From: Squalus acanthias
Taxonomy: Eukaryota
DNA length: 64,000 bases
Direction of reading: 5' to 3'
Assembly: GCA_030390025.1 (NCBI GenBank)
Contig: CM059431.1
Coordinates: 142,540,001-142,604,000, forward strand
The position numbers and the translations under genes are program-made. Positions within the stretch are counted from its first letter, which is position 1; every line of letters starts with the position of its first letter. A model generated the notes under the pieces. The model searched no databases and had not been told where the DNA came from. It saw only the letters and a list, made by a program, of their open reading frames with translations. This document shows positions 49,901 through 61,900 of the stretch, piece after piece.

Positions 49901-52900
49901 TTACAGCAGGGAAGGAGGCCATTTCGGTCCATCATGTCCGTGCCGTCCAACAAAGAGCTATCCAGCCTAATCCCACTTCCCAGCACTTGGTCCGTAGCCC
50001 TGCAGGTTACAGCATCCCAAGTGCACATCAAAGTACTTTTTAAATGTGGTTAGGGTTTCTGCCTCTACCACCTTTTCAGGCAGTGAGTTCCAGACCCCCT
50101 CCACCCTCTGGGTGAAGACATTTCTCCTCAAATCCCCTTTAAACCTCCTACCAATTACATTAAATATTGTTTAAATGCCCCTGGTTGTTGACCCCTCTGC
50201 TAAGGGAACTAGGTCCTTCTTATCCACCCTATCTAGGCCCCTCATAATTTTATACACCTCAATAAGGTCTCCGCTCAGCCTCCTCTGTTCCAAAGAAAAA
50301 AAACCCAGCCTATCCAATCTTTCCTTGTAGCTAAAATTCCCCAGCCCAGGCAACAACCTCGGAAATCTCCTCTGCACCCCCTCTAGTGCAATCACATCCT
50401 TCCTGTAGTGTGGTGACCAGAACTGCACGCAGTATTCGAGCTGTGTCCTAACTAGTGTTTTATACAGTTCAAGCACAACCTCCCTGCTCTTGTATTCTAT
50501 GCCTCGGCTAATAAAGGCAAGTATTCCGTATGCCTTCTTAACCACCTTGCCTACTTGGCCTGCTATCTTCAGGGATCTGTTGACCTGCACTCCAAGGTCC
50601 CATTGTTCCTCTAAACTTCTCAGAGTCCTACCATTTAATGTGTATTCCCTTTCCTTGTTAGCCCTCCCCAAATGCATTACCCCTCACTTCTCTGGATTGA
50701 ATTCCATTTGCCACTGTTCTACCCACCAGATCAGTTCATTGATATTTTCCTGCAGTCTACGGGTGGTTTCTTCATTATCAACCACACAGCTGATTTTAGT
50801 ATCATCTGCAAACTTCTTAATCCTACCCCCTGCATTCAAGTCTAAATCATTGCTATCTACCACAAAAAGCAAGGGACCGAGTACTGAGCCCTGCGGAACC
50901 CCACATCATGTTATGATTTTCTAAGTGCCCTTACACCATTTTCTTAGCAATGGATTCCAGCATTTTCCCGACGTCTGATAGGCTAACTGGCCTGTAGTTC
51001 CCTGTTATTACTCTCCCTCCTTTGCTGAATAGCGGTGTTACATTTGCTACCTTCCAATCCGCTGGGACTGTTCTAGAGTCTCGGGAATTTTGGATGATCT
51101 AAACAATTGCATCCACGAACTCTGCAGCCACCTCTTTTGGAACCCTAGGATGTAGGCCGTCTGGTCCAGGGGATTTGGCGGGTTTTAGTCCCATTAGCTT
51201 CGCTAGTAGTTGTTCTCTATATTTATATTAATTACATTACGTACCTCACCCTCATTAGACCCTTGGTTCCCGGCCATTTTTGCTATGCTTTTTGTAGCTT
51301 CTACTATGAAGACAGATACAAAATATTTGTTTAACGTTTCTGCCATTTCTTTATACTCCATAATAAATTTCTCCTGTCTCATCCTCTAAAGGACCAACAT
51401 TTACTTTTGCTACTCTCTTTCTTTTTACATACTTGTAGAAACTCTTACAATCTGTTTTTATATTTCTTGCTAGCTTTCTCTCATATTCAATTTTTCCCTT
51501 TTTATCAATTTTCTGGTCACCCTTTGCTGGTTTCTGAAACTCTCCCAATCCTCCGGCTTACTACTAGTCATCACAACATTATAAGCTTCTTCTTTCAATC
51601 TAATGCTATCCTTAACTACTTTAGTTAGCCAAAGTTGGATCACTTTTCCCGTGGAATTTTTGTTTCTCGATGGAATGTATTTTTGTTGAGAATGATGAAA
51701 TATTTCCTTAAATGCTAGCCACTGCTTATCTACCGTCATACATTTTAACCTATTTTTCCAATCTACCTTCGCCAACTCGCCCCTCATACCTATGTAATTG
51801 GCTTTATTTATGTTTAAGACTAGTTTCGGACTTAGGATTTCACGTTTAAGTTTGAGCGTGACTTGCCTATCATATTATGGTCACGCTGTCCGAGAGGAAC
51901 CTTTACTATAACATTGCTAAGTAAACCTGTCTCATTCCACAATACAAGATCTAAAATAGCCTGATCCCTGGATGGTTCCATGACGTATTGTTCTAGGAAA
52001 CTTTCCCTAATGCATTCCATGAACTCATCCTCCAGACTACATTTGCCAATTTGATTGTCCAGTCTATATGAAGATTATAGTTCCCCATGATTATTGCATT
52101 ACCTTTGTTAAAAGCTCCTACTATTTTTTGATTGATATTCTGTCCAAAGGTATAGCTACTGTTAGGGAGCCTATATACTACTCCCATCAATGTTTTCTGC
52201 CCCTTGTTATTCCTGACCTCCACCCATACTGATTCTACTTCCTGATCTTCCGAGCCGAGGTCCTTTCTCTCGACTGTCGTTACGTCATTCTCTATTATCA
52301 ATGCTACCCCACTCCTTTTCCATTCTGCCTGTCTTTTTTAGAAATGTTAAGTGCCCTGGAACATTTACTTCCCAACCTTGGTCACCTTGCAACCAAGTCT
52401 TTGCAGTGACTATTAGATCAAACCTATTTATCTCTATTTGTGGCACTAGTTCATCTATCTTGCTTGAATGCTGAGTGCAATCAGATTAAGAGCCTTTCTT
52501 TTAATATTTTTACAATTATTCCCTGATTTGATCTTAATCTCTGCTGCGCTGCTCCTGTTAAACTCTGTGCCTTGCTGGCGCACCCTCATTATTTTTACCC
52601 AAATCGGTACACTGTTCTATTGCCTTGACATTTCTCCATTAGATTTCTAAATTTTCCCTCAGCCAAACCAACACACCATTTTAGGAAACCTCATACACAC
52701 CTGGCAGGATCCTGATACACTGTGAAACCCCATATACACCTGGCAGGATCCTGATACACTGTGAAACCCCATACACACCTGGCAGGATCCTGATACACTG
52801 AAACCCCATACACACCTGGCAGGATCCTAATACACTGTGAAACCCCATACACACCTGGCAGGATCCTGATACACTGTGAAACCCCATACACACCTGGCAG

Positions 52901-55900
52901 GATCCTGATACACTGTGAAACCCCATACACACCTGGCAGGATCCTGATACACTGTGAAACCCCATACACACCTGGCAGGATCCTGATACACTGTGAAACC
53001 CCATACACACCTGGCAGGATCCTGAGACACTGAAACCCCATACACACCTGGCAGGATCCTAATACACTGTGAAACCCCATACACACCTGGCAGGATCCTG
53101 ATACACTGTGAAACCCCATACACACCTGGCAGGATCCTAATACACTCTGAAACCCCATACACACCTGGCAGGATCCGAATACACTGAAACCCCGTACACA
53201 CCTGGCAGGATCCTGAGACACTGAAACCCCATACACACCTGGCAGGATCCTGATACACTGTGAAACCCCATACACACCTGGCAGGATCCTGAGACACTGA
53301 AACCCCATACACACCTGGCAGGATCCTGATACACTGTGAAACCCCATACACACCTGGCAGGATCCTGATGCACTGTGAAACCCCATACACACCTGGCAGG
53401 ACCCTGATAAACTGTGAAACCCCATACACACCTGGCAGGATCCTGATACACTGTGAAACGCCAGACACACCTGGCAGGATCCTGATACACTGTGAAACCC
53501 CATACTCACCTGGCAGGATCCTGATACACTGAAACCCCATACTCACCTGGCAGGATCCTGATACACTGTGAAACCCCATACTCACCTGGCAGGATCCTGA
53601 TGCACTGAAAAACACCATACACACCTGGCAGGATCCTGATACACTGTGAAACCCCATACACACCTGGCAGGATCCTGATACACTGAAACCCCATACTCAC
53701 CTGGCAGGATCCTGATACACTGTGAAACCCCATACTCACCTGGCAGGATCCTGATGCACTGAAAAACACCATACACACCTGGCAGGATCCTGATACACTG
53801 TGAAACGCCAGACACACCTGGCAGGATCCTGATACACTGTGAAACCCCATACTCACCTGGCAGGATCCTGATGCACTGAAAAACACCATACACACCTGGC
53901 AGGATCCTGATACACTGTGAAACGCCAGACACACCTGGCACAGATCCTGATACAAGTGAAACCCCATACACACCTGGCAGGATCCTGATACAATGTGAAA
54001 CCTCATACACACCTGGCAGCATCCTGATACACTGTGAAACCCCATACACACCTGGCATCATCCTGATACACTGTGGAAACCCCATACACACCTGTCAGGA
54101 TCCTGGTATAGTGTTAAACCCCGTAGAATCTTTGGAATTCTCTACCCAAGAGAGCTGTCAAGGAGGAGTCATTGAATATATTCAAGGTGGAGATTGACAG
54201 ACATTTGAACTACAAGGGAGTCAATGGGTATAGTGAGAGAGCGGGAAAGAGGTGTTGAGGCCAAGATTGGATCAGCCATGATCTTACTGAATGCCGGAGC
54301 AGGCTCGAGCGATAGGCTCCTGGCAGGATCCTGATACACTGTGAAACCCCATACACACCGGGCAGGATCCTGATACACTGTGAAACCCCATACACCCCTG
54401 GCAGGGTCCTGATACACTGTGAAACCCCATACACACCGGGCAGGATCCTGATGCACTGTGAAACCCCATACTCACCTGGCAGGATCCTGATTTACTGTGA
54501 AACCCCATACTCACCTGGCAGGATCCTGATGCACTGTGAAACCCCATACTCACCTGGCAGGATCCTGATTTACTGTGAAACCCCATACTCACCTGGCAGG
54601 ATCCTGATTTACTGTGAAACCCCATACTCACCTGGCAGGATCCTGATGCATTGTGAAACCCCATTCACACCTGGCAGGATCCTGATACACTGTGAAACCC
54701 CATACACCCCTGGCAGGGTCCTGATACACTGTGAAACCCCATACACACCTGGCAGGATCCTGATACAATGTGAAACCTCATACACACCTGGCAGTATCCT
54801 GATGCACTGTGAAACCCCATACACACCGGGCAGGGTCCTGATACACTGTGAAACCCCATACACACCTGGCAGGATCCTGATACACTGAAACCCCATACTC
54901 ACCTGGCAGGATCCTGATACACTGTGAAACCCCATTCACACCTGGCAGGATGCTGATACACTGTGAAACCCCATACACACCTGGCAGGATCCTGATACAA
55001 TGTGAAACCTCATACACACCTGTCAGAATCTTGGTACACTGTGAAATCCCATACACACCTGGTCGGATTCCAACACCACGTCAATCCAAATACAAACCTT
55101 CTATGTGCCGTAGCGACGCTCTGGGCTGACTAGTCAAGATCAGTGCTTTGTCCCAGATGTTGAGGATTACCTGCATCCCTAGAAATCTGCCCCACTGCAA
55201 TCTGTATAGATATATCTGGAGAAATGCAAAATATTAAAATGTTATTACTTCTCAGCACAGCACGAGGCCTCAGAATGTGTTCGATCCGATCTGAAAAGAT
55301 TCTGCCAGCGCATTTCACACTTCATCTCGCTTCAGCCTGTCACATTAACACCTTCTCTTGCCTTGATTATCTCTTTATGTCTCTCAATGTCTCTTCATCT
55401 CTCCTGCTTTCTATCCCACCACTGACCTTCACTTTTGTTCTTTCATCCCCTCCCCCTTTTATCAGCTTTATACTTGCTTTAAATCTATTTCCTTTTCTGC
55501 TTTTTTCCAAGTCTGACGAAAGGTCTTCGACCTGAACTGTTAACTCTGTTTCTCTCTCCACGGATGCTGCCTGGCCTGCTGAGTTTTTCCAGCGTTTTCT
55601 GTTATTTCGGATTTCCAGCATCCGCAGTCTTTTGCTATCGTGAAAAGATGTACAGATGTTCACACAGTTGAACATTAATCCAAGGAGGAATATGTGGAAA
55701 AATCAATTTCCAGGGTCACTAGGAAGTTATTGGCTAGCCTCCTAATGGCAGCGAAAGGGAGAACCTCATTTTTCTCTCAATAGTATTTTAATTCAGGAGT
55801 CTTTTAGAGCTAATGTAATGACTTACGGAAACATATTTGTAATTTCCCAAACCTGCATTATAGGAAACTAAGACTAAAATAAAACAACGGGGTATCATTA

Positions 55901-58900
55901 TTGGTCGAACAGCTCAAATGAACTGTGAATGTGTTCTGCTCTGACATTACACTGAGTGCAGTGGGCAATAGTTCTGTTTCTAATTGTAATCGCTGATATA
56001 ATAGGACTATTATAAAATCGCATTCAATTAATGTATGTGTGAAACTGCTGAAAATTGATTGCAATATCTGAAAGACAATATAATCAGTGAATAATTAGTG
56101 CCAGGAAAAGGCCATTGGTCCAAATAAGTCTGTCCCTGTTACAGAGATGAAACCACCTACCTCTCCTCTCACAAACACGTTCAATCCTCTCTGGACCCCA
56201 GTTGCACTGCCCCTTCAGCGTCCTTCACTGGTCCGCCTGATCTATTACACTTTGGGTGAAAAAAATACCCTAATTTCCTTTCTTTCTTCTGACTTTCAAT
56301 TTTCTCCATTATTAATTATTTTGGTAATTGTGAGCCTGTTTCCTGCAATAATGTTGTGAATTCCATGAAAACATTCAATAGCGAAGTCTCCTGCCCAAAC
56401 AAAATATATCATATTCCCTCACTCTTCCCTCAACCTCAACTCCTAATGCCTTAAACAATCTTTGTTTCCCCCTTCAGAATGTCAGTAACCTTTACCTGTG
56501 ATCAGGTGACTATAGAAGTGCTGGTAATACACCAGATAACCTGGCCAAGTCCTGAAACAATGGCAATGTATCTCCTGTCTATTCACAGTCTGTCCCCCTC
56601 TCAGTGCTCACAATACCACAGATAACCTGCCCGAGTCCTGAAACAACGGCAATGTATCTCCTGTCTATTCACAGTCTGTCCCCCTCTCAGTGCACACAAT
56701 ACCACAGATAACCTGCCCGGGTCCTGAAACAACAGCAATTTAACTCCTCTATTGATTCCGTCCTTCTCTCTGCACACAATACGCGAGATAACCTGTCCGA
56801 GTCCTGATACTATGAAAGTGGATCTTCTGTTAAGGGACTAAGAGGTGTAGGGAGGGAATTCCAGAGCTTAGAGCTTAGGAAACTGGAGAAACGGTGATGG
56901 AACGGTGAGAAATGATGGAACGATGAAAATCTGGAATCCGCAACAGGCCAGAATTGGAGGAGTGCAGAGATCTGAGGTTTGCCGGGCTGAAGGAGTTTAC
57001 AGAGATTGGGAGGGGTCGAGGCCATGGAGGGATCTGGATACTAGAATGATAATTTTTAAATGGAGGTGTTGCCAGACCGGGAGCTGATGCAGGTCAGTGC
57101 GTACAGGGATGATGGGTGAACAGGACTTGGTGCACATTGGGATGTGAGCAGCGGAGTTTTGTAGGACCTCAACTTTACAGAGGGTGCAGCAGAGTTTTGG
57201 ATGAGTTCAACTTTACGGAGGGTGCAAGGTGGGAGTCCGATCAGGAGAGCGTTGGAATAGTCGAGTCTGGAGGTAACAAAGGCTTTTATGAGGATTTTAG
57301 GGGCCGACGGGGGCATTATTATAGAGGTGGAAGGAGGCGGTCTTGGTGATGGGGAGGATATGGGATTCGAATCTCAGTTATAGGCCGCTGATTGGAATTG
57401 ATTTCCATCCACAGTCTGTCCCTCACCCAGTGCAAACAATACCACAGACACCCTGCTCAAGGCCAGATACAGTAACAGTGGAATTTCTGTACATTCACAA
57501 ACTGTCCATCTCTCTGTGCACACAATACACCAGATAACCTGCTCAAGGCTTGATATAATAGTGGGACCCCTGACCATTCACAGTCTGTCCCTCACCCAGT
57601 GCACACAATACCACAAATAGCCTGCCCAAGGCCTGATATAATAACAATGGGTCATCTATTCATTCACAGTGTCTCCCTCTTCCAGTGCACACACTACCCC
57701 TGATAACCTGCCCAAGGCCTGATCTGATAACAGTAGGACTCCTGACATTGAGTCTGCCTCTCTTCCACTGATATCCAATGTCATATTTCCTAGTTCTGCA
57801 GAAGGGCAGCACCACGGACGGCTTCACAGATTGATCCACTGGAACCTCTGCTGTCATATAACCAGGATCGTGTGTGGATTTGTAATGAGATGTCTATAGC
57901 ACAGGGCAGGCCGGATATAATTAACCATCGGGGAAAATATCACCGTCATAGAAATCTCCATGTTCAGTAAATATTAGAATCAAGTGAGGATTTGAAACTT
58001 TTCTCGGCCGTTGTTCACTTTCAAGCGAGATTTCCATTAACTGAGTTTAATTTCTACACTCACCTCAATTGAAGCTGTGAAGTAAATCTTGCAAATATTT
58101 TACTAAATAGTAAAGTGGTATTGAGAAGCAGTTTTTTTTGTCAATACAACTAATGTTGAGAAGCACTTTCTGTCTGTTCTAATTGCAGATCTTCAACAGA
58201 AACACAAGGAAACACTCCGGGTACAAACTGCAACACTGAGAGTGAACACTATCCTAATAAAGGAGGAGGTTAAGATTTTCCAGCTGGTTGATCGATACGC
58301 TGAGCTAACGGTCATTTCTACTGTTCGAGATCGGACACTTGTAGAACATGAACTGCTGGCAAGAGGCCGAGACCATGAAGAGTGGAGATGGAAACATCTC
58401 CGGGGAGAACTGGAAAAAATCCGAACTGATCAATTGTTCCACAGCAGTTTTTCCCAAAGGGGCAGATTGCTCCAGAAAATGAAGAGCTTCTTCCGGCAAT
58501 CCAATTCTGGGAGTTCAGCAGCACTGAGCGGAGTCCCCGGGATTGGAAAAACAACAATGGTACAAAAGATTGTTCATGACTGGGCCACTGGGAAAATATA
58601 CCCACACTTTCAATTTGTTTTCAGCTTTAAATTCCGGGATTTGAACGCTATTAACTGTAGAATAAATCTGAGGAATCTGATACTGGATCTGTATCCTTAC
58701 TTTGGGAATATTCTGGGAGAGCTCTGGAAGAACCCAGAGAGATTGCTGTTTATATTCGATGGTTTGGATGAATTCAAGGACAGTATTGATTTTGCTGACA
58801 ATCGGAGAAATACAGAACCTCAGCACATGTGCACAGATCCCGAATGCCAGTGTGAAGTGTCTGACATTGTGTACAGTTTAATACAGCACAAGCTGCTCCC

Positions 58901-61900
58901 AGGATGTTCAGTGCTAGTGACCAGCCGCCCCACTGCATTACATTTATTGGAAAAGGCTGAGATCAGTGTCTGGGCTGAAATCCTGGGATTTGTTGGTGAT
59001 GAACGGAAGGAATATTTCAACAAGTTTTTTGAAGATCAGACGGTGGCAGCAGCTGTTTTCAAACATGTGGAGGAGAACGAGATCCTGTACACCATGTGCT
59101 ACAACCCTTCCTACTGCTTCATCCTCGGTCTGGCACTGGGTCCCTTCTTTACACAAAGAGACAGGAATCAGCAGCGAGTTCCCAAGACCATCACCCAACT
59201 ATATTCCTATTATATATACAATATTCTGAAAAACCATGGCCGAGAGATTGAAAGCCCCCGTGATGTGTTACTGAAGCTTGGTGAGATGGCCTTCACAGGA
59301 GTCTCCGAGAAGAAGATTGTGTTTGGAAATGGCGATTTGATCAAGTACAATCTGCAACCTTCCCAGTTCTTGTCTGGGTTCATGATGGAACTTTTGGAGA
59401 GAGATGATTCTGCCCAGAGCGTGGTGTATACATTCCCGCACCTCACCATCCAAGAGTTTGTAGCCGCACTCGCACAATTCCTGACTCCAGATCCCGGGGA
59501 CATCCTGAAACTCCTCAGTGAAGCCCACAGCAAGGAAGATGGGCGATTTCAGATATTTCTCCGTTTTGTTGCTGGTCTCTCCTCTCCACAGTCAGCTCGG
59601 CCCCTGAAGGAGTTTCTGGGTCCATTTCTTCATCAAACCACCTGCCGAGTGATTGACTGGGTGAAGGAAAAGATTGAAGGACAGATTGGAAACACAGAGA
59701 GTGAAACTGGTAAAAGGAACCACCTGAACACATTGCACTACCTGTTTGAATCTCAGAATACAGCACTGACTCGAGCCACAGTGGGATCTGTGGAAACACT
59801 TACATTTAGTGGATTGACATTGACCCCGATTGACTGTGCGGTCCTGTCTCATGTCATTGGACTCTGTGATACAATAAAACACCTCGATCTATGGAACTGC
59901 TCCATTCAGTGTGAAGGACTCCAGCGGCTGGGACCTGTACTGCACAAATGCCAGGTGTTGAGGTAACTGTGTATTTGTCTCTAACTGTTGGGCGAATTGT
60001 AGAACAGTCACGGATTGTGTTGTTGCTCCGTAATGAAGGGAAACAAACAGTTCAGTTAAACCAGAGAGAAGCAGATTCAACACAATTATGACCAATAATA
60101 AGAGGATCGGTCAGTAATTCCCTGAGGACTGGAGAATCTAGAATGGATCCTTGTGAACAAGTAGGGATTTTACAGTATTTATCAGATCAGCAAATACAGG
60201 TCACTGAGAGCCTGATAATTTAATTACAATAAATCTTGTTGAATAAGGCTGGACAACGGAATGTAAACATAAAATATAATTTAACAGTAAAGATAAAATT
60301 AATTTAATTTATTTTCCACATCCACCATTTCAACTAGAAACAGGAGAGAAACCCGAGTTTAAATCATTAACAGTTCGATATTTACTCCAATCCCGTGCAG
60401 GGTGTGTTTTGTCGAGGGGGAAGTTTCCTGGATTGGGAATATTGGGGAATCGGGAATTCTTGCAACTGTAAATATTTACCATTATTCACAGTCCTGAACA
60501 TTAAGACAAGAATGTTATTCAGGATCTTAAATCTGCCGGTATAAAGATTCCAATCTAACGTGTTGTGGGGTATAAGCCCCGGAGTACAGACACACACCGG
60601 CCAGCGGTGGGGCCTCGCACACAGCGGGCGGCTCCTGTGTAAACCGGGGGCAGTGAACCCGGGAATTCCCCATAATACACCCCCTGTGTGTGAGGCCCCG
60701 CTCGGGGAGGGAACTTCCGAAAATTCCCCAAAACTGTCGGTCAGTTACACCTGAAATAAATGTAGAGCCAGTTTAATGGGGAATAAAGTGAAAGACTCCC
60801 CTCCCCTATAAACTAGGAGCACAGGGACATTTAAAACTTGTAATGGGGCAGAATAAACTCACCTTGTTATATAAAATCCTGGGGGATGGATTTTACAGCA
60901 GCAGTTAGCGCCGTTTCACAATATAACTCACCCCGAGATATTATACAGATTAATATAATGCACAGAGTATAATGTACAGGGAATCGCCGCTTTATCATTT
61001 ATTTCCGGGAAAATAGCACCATTCCCATAAACGTCAGGATTTAAGGAGCAGCAGACATGTGACAAGTTTCTCCAGGAGGGTAATTCTGATTATCAGGGAG
61101 TGAGACCGGACTGAGGGACATTTAAAGGCTTCACACAGACAACACTTTATTTAATAAATACATTTACTGACAGTCCCTGAATATATGCGTAGTTGGACAG
61201 AGTGAGATTCATTGTCAGTGACAGGAAAACCGGATTATTAGTTTCCGAAATAACTTTGAGTGATTGCTCTAATATCCGAGAGAGAAAAATATATCAGATC
61301 CAATGTTTCATTCAGTTTGTTTTTCACACTCTGTTTGTGTTTAGACTGAATGACAATAAACTGGGAGATTCAGGAGTGAAACTACTGTCTGCGGCTCTGA
61401 GGAACCCGGAGTGTAAAATACAGAAATTGTAGTAAGTGTCAGACTGTGTGAGATTGTGGGTCTAATAACTGGATGTCTAACACTGCTTTATTATTACTAT
61501 CAGTAATAGTGTTATTAATAAACACTGGGGATTTGCTGTGATTCCTGTTATTTCTCTCTCTGATCCACAGTCTCCGGGGTGTCGGTCTCACAGATTCTTG
61601 TGCCGAGGATCTCGTCTCCGCTCTCAGTACAAACCAGTCACTGACGGATCTGACCCTGAGTTACAATAAACTGGGAGATTCAGGAGTGAAACTAGTGTCT
61701 GCGGCTCTGAGGAACCCGGACTGTAAAATACAGAAACTGGGGTAAGTACCAGACTATGTGAGATTGTGTTTATAATAATTGGATGTCTGACACTGTACAT
61801 TATTATTAGTATCAGTAATATTGTTATTAATAAACACTGGGGATTTACTGATTCCTGTTATTTCTCTCTGATCCCCAGGCTGGGTGCTGTCGGTCTCACA

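Noticed and set aside
52681..55056. Long Cys-rich ORFs ([13 protein letters not shown] repeats)
   Set aside because: Translation of a 39-bp tandem repeat in several frames inside an intron; no splice or domain support
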